This document shows positions 34,601-46,400 of a stretch of 64,000 bases of DNA, piece after piece; the stretch's first letter is position 1; the number at the start of each line of letters is the position of its first letter. The DNA is taken from contig QPMI01000436.1 of the NCBI GenBank assembly GCA_004431415.1, positions 248,001-312,000 on the forward strand, in the 5' to 3' direction. A model generated the notes under the pieces. It was not told the DNA's origin. It ran no database searches and saw nothing but the letters and a program-made list of their open reading frames with translations. The position numbers and the translations under genes were made by a program. This DNA is from Cyanophora paradoxa CCMP329. Taxonomy: Eukaryota; Plantae; Glaucophyta.

Positions 34601-37600
34601 TTGAGGTGTACGGTGCGACTCTCTGAGCCTGGGGGGATCCGAGCTCGAGATCGCTGATAATGTCAAGTCTGATCATACGTGTAACCCGCGCGGTTTGCAG
34701 GCTGGCCCGTTGTCCTCAAGGTCCCAGCGAGTGCGATTCCCGCACCGTCGGCCTGGATTCCCTCCGTGGCCGCGACCAATGTCGCTGTCCAAAAATCTGC
34801 CACTGGGTCGCCCGGCGGTACGTTGAACTTCCTTCCGCGTTGTGGAATGCTATGAATGCGATTGTGCTAACTGCCTGATGTATTGCGTATACGATTGCTA
34901 GGATGGAACGGGATCCCGGAGAAAGCAATCGGTGCGCCTGCAAGATGAGCTCTTCCCACTAGTACTTCTCTGTTGGATGACGCGTCGCGGTGCACGATGC
35001 CCTGCAGATGGGAACGACATACCTTATTACAGCTTTGAAGGGACCTGGAGTCCAGCCGGATACCACAGTGCAATTAAAACCGGGCCGCTTTTCTGGCAGG
35101 TACGGGTGATCTAGATCTAGAAACATACCTTGCGAACTGCGTGCTAAGCTTGCGCTGATGCTGCCGGCTGCGTATCGCACGACGCAGGTCCACCTTCAGG
35201 TGACTTTTATTATTTTCCCAAGCTGTTATAGTTATATGTAACATTTGGTTCCTTTGTCGTGAACTGCGGGCCGCAGGGCCTCTTTGACTTGCGTGAGATT
35301 CGCATCATCAACGTGCGACTTGAACATTTTTTACACTGATCCAATTCATTGGCGCGCGTGCGCATGCCGCCAGCTGACTGATTGTAAAACACGTGCAGCG
35401 CCTTGACGCGAACACTGCCATGCTCAACAACTTCAACGTGACCGTGTACGACAACAACGAGGCGCTGGTGTTCTGGAGCTACGTAGGCACCCCCACGTTC
35501 CTGGATTACTATCAGAACTTCTCCCTTCCGCTTCCCGCGGGCACGACGGGTTCGCTACCACCTAGACAGCTCCAGTCCCCGGCTCGCAGCTGCAGCTCCA
35601 AATTACTTCTATTAATTTTGTACGCGCGCTGGCATCACCTCATGAATATTTGCGCGCGCGGCAGGGAGCCGAATCAGGATTGACATGCCGAACACCGCTA
35701 ACAACCAGCATCTGTGCATGATGGAGTTGAAGGCCTTCGGTACGCTGGCTTTCCTCCCCCTCTATACGCTCGCGTTTTCAAGCTTTGCGCGCAGCATACC
35801 CCTTGCTTTGGAGCCACGTGCGGCCGTCGGCGCCGAGGGACTCCACCCCCGCGGTCCAGGCCGTTGTGCCGTTCGTGCCGGACTCGTCCTCCGCGGCCAC
35901 GGTCAGCCTCGGGTCCTTCGTTCGCGAATCCGGCACGCCCGCGACCGTCAGCTGGAGCGCCAGCGCCGCAGCTACGAATGTAAGCGCCGCTTTTGATATT
36001 ATCATACTACTATTGCGTGGATCGCCTTTGGCATCTGACTGTACATGTGCCGCAGTACATTCTGAAGACGCAGAGCGGCAAAGCCGATGCGAGCGTCGTG
36101 GACTGCCCCTTTGCCTCCGTCAGTGAGTCGCAAGCGTACACCACGCCGTCGGCTAGCCTCAGTCTCTGCCCTGGTGAGCCTCTATCTCGTTTGACATCGG
36201 CGCTCAAGGGCATTTGATATCTGAGTCCGTGCACGTGCGATTTTGAAGGATACTGGTACGACTTCTCTGTGGCGACGTGCAATGCTGCGGGGTGCAGCGC
36301 CGACGTCGCATCGCCTCGTGCTTTCGTTCCGGGTCCGTTGAGCGAGGAAGCGCTCATGATCAGCACGCAGCTCTGCCAGGCTGCCTGCTGGAGGGTCTGA
36401 TTTTCCGCGGCATGCGCAGTTGTTGTGGCCGATGCGCCGACCGTGGCGCCGGTCGTCACGGCAGGCTTCTCGCGGGAATCGGGCACCGCCGCAACCGTCA
36501 GCTGGACCGCCGGCTACGACGGCGGCAGTGCACTGTCGAAGGTGCGAACCGGGAGCTGCTCTATAAATAGATCGAGATGTAGTGGCCGTGCGCTCCCGCG
36601 CGCTCATGCACCGGTACCACGCAGTTCGTGCTCAAGGCGAAATCCGGGAAGACGGATACCGCTGCTGCCAACTGCCCCTTCCCTGCCGTCGAGCCATCGA
36701 AGGAGTACACTTCTCTATCTGCGTCGCTCAATCTGTGTCCTGGTGATTGCTCGCACAGCCTTATGACTGGGACCTTTTGCTAAATACTACGATATAAGCG
36801 ATAGCGCCGTATACTTGGCTAAGCGCTAAATCGATTGCTGACTCGGTCCGGTTGCGCGCTCGTGCGGCAGGATACTGGTACGAGTTCTCCGCGGCGGCTT
36901 GCAACGACGCAGGATGCGGCGCGGTCTCTGCCGCAACCCCTCGAGCAAGCGTAAATGGTGAAGATCTTAAATACATTTGTTAGAATTTTATTACATGGCC
37001 CAGCAATTGCTGATGCCTGCTGCAGCGGTCCTTCCGAGCGCCCCAGCCATGTCGCCGATCAATTTCGGCGCCTTCTCCCGCGACGCCGGCGTCTCCTCGA
37101 CTGTCAGCTGGGTGCCGGGCTACGACGGCGGCAGCGTCATTATCAAGGTTCATGATCAGCTTTGAATTGCTCAAGGTCGCTGCAGATCTAGATGCAGACT
37201 CTCTGACCGTGTCGCGTTGTTTTGCGATGCAGTATGTGCTAAAGACAAGGAGCGGCAAGGCGGACGCAAGCGCGGACGACTGCCCGTTCCCCGCCATCGA
37301 TTCATCTCAGGAGTTTGTCTCGACGTTGGCGGCGTTCAACCTGTGCCCTGGTGCGCTCTAAATCTGCCATTCCGCCTGTCTCACGATCTGATGCACGTCT
37401 CTTTCTTAGGCTACTGGTACGAAGTGAGCGTGTCGGCTTGCGCCGCTGTTGGCTGTAGCGAGGAAGTAAGCGAGCCCCAAGCGATTGCTCCCGGTTCGCT
37501 TCGCTCAATGCGCGAAGAGTTCCGCTCCGCATTTCTGACGAGCTGCTCTTCCCGCGCGTGCAGCTGAAGTTCCCGACGCGGCAGTTGTGTCCCCCGTCGC

Positions 37601-40600
37601 TTTTGGCGCGTTCGCGCGAGCTTCGGGGACCACCGCAACCGTTGACTGGACCGCCGGCTATGATGGCGGCAGCGCAATCACGCAGGTGGGCAAAGAACCC
37701 ACCTGTCGCTCTGATATCTTGATTCGATTCGCGCGATTTTAACTGAATGCATTTGCAGTACGTGGTAAACGCGACCAGCGGCAAAGCCGACGCCAGCATT
37801 GCGGACTGCCCCTTTGATCCCGTCGACGTATCGAAGGAGTATTCCAGCGCGCCTGCGATATTGAACCTATGTCCTGGTAAGCCACGAATTTTTCTTTATA
37901 GTCAGCGCGCGTCCTAAACGTTTTCTCGCAGGGTACTGGTACGACTTCACCGTCTCATCTTGCAACGCTGCAGGCTGCAGCGTAGCCGCTGTCTTCCTCC
38001 GCGCTTCGGCCGCTGGTAATTACGATGTCAAGCGCAGCTTTCTTCTAACACGTGTTCTGATTAAAATTACCGTGGGCCTGATCGCAGCGGCTGTTCCCGA
38101 TGCAACGGACGCACCGACCGTTGTTCTCGGCGACTTTACACGCGTGACTGGCACAGCGGCGACTGTCAGCTGGGCCGCTGGCTACGACGGCGGCAGCATC
38201 ATAAGCAAGGTCCGCCGTCGTATTCATCTCGGACGTGCAGCTTAAACTTGCGTTTAATTGATTTTGGACGACAGTACGTTCTGAAGGCGACCAGTGGCAA
38301 GGCCGACGATGGCGTTGCGGACTGCCCCTTTGATCCGGTCGATGCTTCCAAGGAATACACGGGCACATCTGCGGCCCTGAATCTGTGCCCCGGTCAGTGC
38401 CAATAATGTTTACAATCTAATTAAAGCGTCGCCCACTTGCGTTGACTCTTTGTCCGCGCAGGCTACTGGTACCAATTCTCGGTGTCGCAGTGCACAGCCG
38501 GCGCCGATTCATGCAGTGTGGATGCACATGCGCCTCGCACAACTGTCCCGTCTGTGATTCCCGACGCTGCCGCCGCGTCGGACGTCGCGTTCGGGGAGTT
38601 CGCACGAGCGTCGGGCACCGCTGCGACCGTCAGCTGGACCGCCGGATACGACGGCGGCAGTGTAGTGGTCAAGGTGCTAGCGCTCATTACCTCTTGATTA
38701 ATATTGCGACCGCTGACGCACTCTCTCTCCTCAGTCTGTGCTGAAGGCACAAAGCGACAAGGCTGATCCGCGCGTGGCCGACTGCCCTTTCCCAGCCGTT
38801 AATTCGTCATACGAGTACGCCGCTCCTAGCGCTGACCTCATTCTATGCCCTGGTTTGCTTTTCTGGGCTGCCCCTTGCTGCTCTTCATTCCCCGTGCAGA
38901 ATGCTGAACCGCGTTTGAATTTTAGGATACTGGTTTGACTTCACGGTTTCGTCCTGCAACGCGGCGGGATGCAGCGCGGACGCCACTATTCCGCGGGCGA
39001 CAGCTCCTGGTCAGTCTGAGCTGCCCTGCCGCGCGGGCGATGCGCTGCCGATTAATATTTCTGGTCGTAGCGGCTGTCGCGGATGCGCCGTCAGTGTCAC
39101 CCGCGGTGCTCGGAGCATTTTCACACAGTTCGGGCACCGCTACGAACATCAGTTGGACGTCAGCTGGCGGCTACGACGGCGGCAGCATGGTCACTAAGGT
39201 CGACCACCATTTCATTTGCGCCGTATTACAGCCTAATGCACTATAGCTATAAACTCCGCGATCTCAGCTAATAATTTTTGCGCCACACAGTACGTGCTGA
39301 GGGCCCAAAGCGGCAAGGCCGATAACGCAATTACGGAATGCCCCTTCGCATCCCTGGAGCCCACGACGGAAATTGTGTACACGGCGTCTTCGCTCGCTCT
39401 AAACCTGTGTCCCGGTGCGCGCTGCGAGAGAGAACGTACCGCACGCGTACGCCTGTCGCGATGGAATTTTGCAAACGGGTTCTTTACACAGGCTACTGGT
39501 ACGACTTCTCGGTCGCCGCCTGCAACGGCGCCGGGTGCAGCGCAGAGGCAACACTGCCGCGCGCCAGCATTCCCGGTGCATTGCCGAGTTGACGTCCCCG
39601 CGTTTTTTGGAGCGATAGCGAAGTCTAGCGAAAACTCCGCCGCTCACCGCTCGCAATCGCTACAGCGGCTGTCCCCGACGTTCCAAGCACTCCGACCGTA
39701 GCTGTCGGAGAGTTCGTCGCTGCTTCGGGCACTGCCGCAACCGTCGGCTGGGCTGCCGGCTACGACGGCGGCAGCCCGATTGCCAAGGTCCGAAATTATA
39801 CGGACGCTGATACTGTCCTCTCATGCGCGACGCAGTTCGTGCTGACGGTGCAAAGCGGCAAGTCGGACGCCGGCATAGCGAACTGTCCGTACGCCGTCGA
39901 CGCCTCGAGGGACTACTCTGCAGAGTCCACGTCGGCTGCCCTCTACCTCTGCCCTGGTCCGCGCGCCGAGTGCAATGCAGTCTCTTCGATTTGCTGACTT
40001 TGCTCGCCGTCGGTGTGCTCAGGCTATTGGTACGAGTTCTCAGCTTCGGCGTGCAATCAGGCGGGGTGCGGCGCAACGTCTCTTCCGTCGCGCGCAACCG
40101 TTCCTGGTAACCCCGCGCCCAAATACTCTTTGCCTCACCGCGCTGGCCCGGGCTGATTTACCGATTGCGCAGCCGTGGCGCCATTCGCGATCTCGAGTCC
40201 CGGGCCCGAGTTTTCGAGCCCCGACTCGGCACCGCCGTTCACCCTTTCGGTTGGGACCTTCGCATATCCCGCGGGCACCCCCGTTACGATCTCGGGATGG
40301 GCCGCCCCCTGGGACGGCGGCGCTCCCATCACCTCTGTGCGTGCCGCGGCCACAGCCATTATTGAATTTAACCACAAGTCGCCGCTAATAATAAGCGCCC
40401 GCGCAGTTCAAACTGAAAGTCTGGCGTAAGATAATCGCCGCGCGCCGGCGTCTGTCCCAGGACATCGCGATCGCGACCGAGGACGCCGCGGTCGACGACG
40501 ACTCCAGCGCCGCCGGCTTGCTCGACGACTGCCCCGTTGCTCTTGAGTTCGAGGAGGGCGTCCCGCTCACCTTCGACTGCCCCGCGGGGTCGTGCAACGT

Positions 40601-42364
40601 CGGGCTGTGCCCCGGTGCGTTCGTCCCAGACATCGACCAAGATATACAACGAAACCTTCTAAATTATTGTGCGCGCAGGTCAAGAGTACATGTTCTCCGT
40701 CGTTGCTTGCAACGCCGTCGGCTGCAGCAACGACTCGGCGCCCGTGCACACCCAGGGCGCCCTCCCCGGTGCGCATGCTCGCCCCGTCGATCATCGGATC
40801 CACGGTCGACGTCGCTGACGCTCGGGCCGGGGGCGACAGTGGCCGCCCCCGTCTGCGACGTCGCGAAGGACAAAGTGGGCGGCCGCTCGCTCGCCGGCAC
40901 CTCCCTCAAGAGCCTCACCGGAGAGGACGCCCTCGGGACCTACTCCACGGCCATCGTCTTCTGGCCGCCGCTCCTGTGCGCTCGCTCGCTCGGGCGGCTG
41001 CGCGCGTGGTTAAACGTTCCTCACGCTTGCGATTGCGCACAGGTACTCCGGCGGGGCTGCGACAACGGGTCAGCCGCTTCGATCCCTGCGTGATCGTTAA
41101 CGAGAAATTAAAGTCTCTACCCTAGGCCTGCGCCAACGTTAACATCGGTCTCTGCGCGCGCGCGCAGGCATGACCTTCAACATGCGGAGGTACCCCAAAA
41201 CCAACACCAACACCTACGCCCTCGCCCAGGCACAGCCCCCCGCCCCCCGATAATGCTTGCGATTGGCTGCGAAATCGAATTTCTTCTTTTAGATTTTCTC
41301 GGCGGACGTGAGCGATTCGACCGGTTTCGAGGTCTTCAGCGACCTGCAACCAAGGTAATAGAGAATTCGAACGTAAACGCTTAGAGCTTCCTGCATCCGC
41401 TCGTGCTTCGCACCGCGCAGCTATAGCTGACTCTGGGCCCGGGCCAGCCACTGCTACACCGTGAACGTGACCGTCTGCACGTCTGGCGGCTGCTGCACGA
41501 CCCCTTACTCAACCTCCTGGTTCCAGCCCGGTGCGTACGCGTACGGCGTCCTCATTCTCAGCTTTAATTCGTTTCTGAATTATCTGACTTCGAACTCGAA
41601 TTCGCAGCCAAGGGCGAGGCGCTGAAGTCCGGCAACCAGCAGTGCAGCCTGATCAAGGTGCGCGCCCGCCCTGAGTCCAAACCGCCGCGCGCGGCTCGCG
41701 CGCGCGTGACCGGCGCCGCCGCGATCGCGAGGGCAGATCAAATCCGCGTCGCTCCAGGGCGCCTTCGCCGCCGCCTCGGGGTCCGCGTCCACGCCCGCCG
41801 CTGCCGGCGCCGCCGCCTCTGCCTCGGGCTCCCCGGCGTCGGGATCGATCCTGGCCGTCGCCGTCGGTGCGTCCGCAATGCGTCGGAACCGCGCGGCGCT
41901 GTCTAATTCGACTATTGCGAGCAGGCGTGCCGGCTGCTGTGGCGGCGCTCGCCGTCGTTGCCGTCGGCGTGGCGCTCGTCGTGATGCGCGCGCGCCAGTC
42001 CGCGCGGGTGCATGTCGACCGCGTCGGTGGGCACGCGCACGCACACGTGGGCGTGAGCATCACGGGCGAGCACGACCACGCGGGCTACGAAGCGTTGGGC
42101 CGTGGCCATGGCCAGCTGACGACCATCGAGGTCATGCCGGTGCCTCGGCCGAACGGGGCCTTCGAATTCCGCCCCGTGACGCCCGACGCCCCCCGCTCTC
42201 GTTCGGGCACCCCCGACTCGTCCTCGAACGCCTGCACCCCCTCCCCCGCCTCCCGCCCTCGAGCTCCGTCCGGATCCGGCGCGCCATCGAGCTCCGGCCG
42301 CCAGACGGCCCCGCGGGCCCCCTCCTTCAAGCTTCCGGCCTCTGTTGTGCCGCAGGACGCGTAG
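28692..42364 (+). CDS. Giant type-I membrane protein: signal peptide, 3 WSC domains, ~14 FN3-like repeats, 2 F-type-lectin/discoidin-like domains, TM, Ser/Pro-rich tail
   Basis: Signal ALLALAVVLRILVHCSA; WSC motifs (LCFGSN..CGSKCTGDAAYMCGG; CSVQCMGDLNSYCGG; CGTPCPGKGGSICGG); repeats SWxAGYDGGS..DCPF..LNLCP|GYWYxFSVxxCNxAGC; NVAVGKPASASS..PWWE..LTEVEVYG; TM VPAAVAALAVVAVGVALVVM-RARQ; stop at 42364. Confidence 0.88.
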
Positions 42365-43454
42365 GCCACCAGGCCACCGTTCGTCTGTTTCGCATAAAAA
42401 CGAGCTCGCAAGACTTTTAGGTCAGCATAACACCTCCTGTCATATATAATCGTTTTGCGGGGAAAAAAACGAGAAAGCTCCAGGTTGTGCTCACATGCAC
42501 ATAGTATTGGCTTCTTTGAAGTAGCCGGCGTAGGATAGCTCGTACATAATTTTTCGTTCGCGCTTAGAATAATTCCTTGGTATGTGTTCCTGTTCAGCTT
42601 GCAAGAGCCGACAGCTTGCTTTGAATAGAACACAAGCGCTAGCGTATATATCATTCGCTGCTTTTAATTTAGACGCGCGCGTCTAGAGGGTATTCTTTTA
42701 ATTTAGCTTTCGCCGTAGTTTAGTGCGCTTCTGCTTCTCAATCGTATAGACAGAACCTCGCCTGGTTTCGAGTGTTCAGACGTAGACAGCCTTTGAGCTG
42801 GGTATACAGTGGTAAATATATATAACCAAAGTCAAATCTCAAGATGGACAGTAGTTCTTTCACGGGAGCTTCGATTCTGGTCGCGACTCGCGAGACGTCG
42901 ACGTTAGTTTTAATTTGATACTTTCAAGTGTATACTTGTAGAGGGTGGACACGCTTTACGAGCCTAGAAACGTCTTGCAATCATCCATTTAATTTGATTT
43001 GAATTGAAACACAGTGTGGATCCGGAGAACTTGTGCGCACGCGCTCATCCTCCAAATTGCAAAGTTCAATTCACCACGCGGCGTTCGACGGGCGCGAAAT
43101 CGACGTTGATGCAACGAATTCTATTCATTAAATATATTGTGATCATAATGACTTAATGATATAATGCAGACGCGGAAGAGCTCAAAAGGAGGGGGAGAAA
43201 AGGGGGGGGGGGGGGGGGGTAATGGGAGATAATGGGAACGCCCCCAGGGGCAGCTAACGCTCACGCTTATGAATTGGCTGCACATGCAAATTCAGAAATC
43301 ACCGAGTCAGAAACTCGATGACTCATGATCACCGAGTCAGAAACCCGATAAAAAAGATCAAAAATCGATTACATGTCTTCCGACGTCCGAGCTCAGAAAG
43401 CACTCGAACTTCCGACGTCCAAGCTTAAGCTTGATTATATATAAAATTTTAATA

Positions 43455-46400
43455 TCAGACACTGTCCGGGCGGCGGACGGGGACGCTCCAGGAGGCGGCG
43501 GCGGCGAGCTCGGCGCCGTACGAGCACGCGAGCGTCACGAGGTACGTGCGGGCGACGGACCCCGGCGCCCCCTCCGAGCTGCTGCCACGCCGAGACAGGT
43601 CAGATGCCGATAGGGGGCCACGGCACCGGTGGGCGGGCTCGAGTACACGCACTCGGGGCGGATGTAAGGGCTCAGGAGCACGCGCTTCAGGTCGCCGGAG
43701 CACGTCTGGCGGGCGAGGTCCACGGCAGATTAATCATTGCAATCGAACATCGTGTTCGGCATTTAATTATAATCTGTCCGAGACGCAGTACATAAACAAG
43801 CTGTCGACGTGCACACCTGGTTCCACATATGGATGACAGAGCCGTCGGGGGTGGCGAGGGCCCCGCTTGTGCCGGCCGCAGGGTCGCCAGTCGCGCGGAC
43901 TTTCAGGCGGCAGGCGCTCGCGTGATCGGCGCAGGCGTCCGGGAGGGAGAAGCTGCTCCGGGTCCATCAGCGCTTCCAGGCAGGAAAAGAGGGCCTTCTA
44001 AATCATTTCAGGCTTACCTTAGGTCGACGGGGACGAGCGCGGGGGAGCCGCCGACAATGCCGGCGATCTCCGTGGGGCTCGCGGCGCCCCGCGTGATTCT
44101 GGGCGCGGCCGCCCGCCGCACACGGAAGCGGAGGGGGCACGAGGCGCCGCTCGGGAACGCGCTCGAGTAGATGCGCGCGTCGTATGTGTTTCCAAGCATC
44201 AGCTGCGTGTGCAAGGTCAGACGTGGAACCGAAGTGGACGTCAGGACGCGTACGGTGCGCGCGCACCGGGGTGCCAGGGAGAATGCTCTGGACGGCCGTT
44301 GCCGCTCCGCTCACGGGCCGCATGCACGAGGTGTCGAACTGAGCGGCGGGCGAACGTCAGCGTCAGTGCGCAAACTATGGACGTCGCTATCGACTGCCGC
44401 GCCTGGACAGAGTTGATGAGGTTCGGGGCGGGGACGGAGCACTCCCCCAGGCTTGCCAGCAGCTCTTGCTCCCGCGGCGGGCATCCCTGGCCATGTAGGG
44501 CGCGGGCGTCAGATAGTGAAGCGGCGCGGGCGTCAGAAGCGATCGGCTAGGATCAAGCTGGAGGGACTGCAGCTGCTCACGGCGCGGAAGAAGGGCCCGT
44601 CGAGGTCAACGACGCGGAGCTCGAGGGCGCAGGACCCGTGGGGGCCGCGCCCCGACGTGTTCGTCACGTTGAACGCCACCTGAGAGGCCCTCTTGATATC
44701 CAAGGGGCGGAGGCCTAGGCCTAGCCTATAGGGAGCGAGCCGGCGAACCTTGTGCACGCCGGAGTGGCTGGTGGGGAGGTTTGCGGCCGTCCAGTCGCTG
44801 TTGGAGATATTCGCGAACACGCCGGGGACGAGGCCCTGGCCAGGCGGCTCGCTCTGCCACAGGCCGACGGTAGGCCCCCACTCTGCCACCAGCAGGTTCT
44901 ATAGCAGAATTTGTATATAAGAGCAGAAAGAATGATATGTAAGAGCAGACACGACGGCGTACCTTGAAGTCAGGGACGACCCCGCCGCAGAAGGCGGCCC
45001 CTGCGCCGTCCCGGCGCGCGACGCCGAGGCGAGAGATCGTCACTGGCGGAGGACACTGTCGCGAGCGAGCAGAAGTCAGATCTAGAGGCGCCAGCAGCTT
45101 CAGCGCATCGGGCACTCAGACCTCGATATCGTAGTAATCAGAGGGCGGCGGGTAGGGATAGGGATAGCACTGCTGCGGTGGGGCGCTAGCGCTGGGCGGT
45201 GTGGTGACCGCTTCGACGTACGCGTCGTATTGGATCGGACCCACGCAGTTCGCATCCGATACAGCCAGCGTGAAATTGCCGCTCGAAGCACTCGTCAGAG
45301 AGCCTGCGCGGCATATGCAACTATGAGGACCACTCACTCAGCCCCCTACGCTGCGGCGCATCGGTTTTAAGCCTCCAAATTTAATCTCTAGTGTATAATG
45401 CCAGTTCGATCGGCTTTCTCTGTTTTCTGATGTCTTGATGGTTATGATTTCAATATTGCAATTAATTATAACTATTTTTCGCGCACCTTCCACGAGGATG
45501 TAGTACGGGTTGTTCGGCATCAGTGAGTAGAACTTCTCATTTGTCACGACCAGCGAGCAGCCGGCAGCTGTACGTATACGATACCGATGCCTCAGCCTAT
45601 AGAGCATGCAAATCGCAAAACCGGACAAGAACGTACACGTCGCAACTAGGAGGCTGTTTGTGGCGCCGGGGCAGCCAAAGTAGAAGGATAGGGTCGGGGC
45701 AAAGTATGGAGTCGGGTTGCACACGTTGATCGTTATGCTCGTCCTGCGCGCGCGCAGCTTTCCCATCAATATTCCACGTTTACTTTGCGTCAGAACTTAA
45801 AATGAAGAAGAGACTAACGTTGGTCTGGTCAGGTTGCGCAGGAGGAACAGGGTGGCGCCGCCGCCAAGACTCGTGCGCCCGCGCAGCGCCGAGTCTCGCT
45901 TCCGGCAGTACGAGATCGAAGACGCGTCCACGCTCGCCGGGCAGTGCGCGTCTGTACATATAAGAATTTGATCAGGAAGGCCCAACCGGAAAGTCGAATA
46001 AAGCGGTGAAATTGAATATTGTACGCACATGTTGGCGTAGGGTCCGCGCCGAGCTTGCAATACTCCTCCTTTCTGCCGTGGCCATGGCCAGCGAGTACAG
46101 TAAGTATCGAATATTAATTAATATCGGTGGAATCGGCATGTCCAGACCGCGAAAACCACGAGTTTGCGAGGCCGTGCTCGTTGACCCAGGAAGCCCATGT
46201 CGCAGTGTTTGCGTTCTTCATAAAATGCACCGCGTAATACGTGCCTGCGAGCGTAAGATGTTCGCTTGGCGATTCTTTGCGCTGGTCATGGCGCCGGCGC
46301 AAGTGCAAGTGCACATACCGGACAAGAGAACTTTGCCTGTGCTGCCAGTTGCTATAGGAAAATATGCGTTCCACCAGTCGGTCCAGTATTTGGACTGCGA

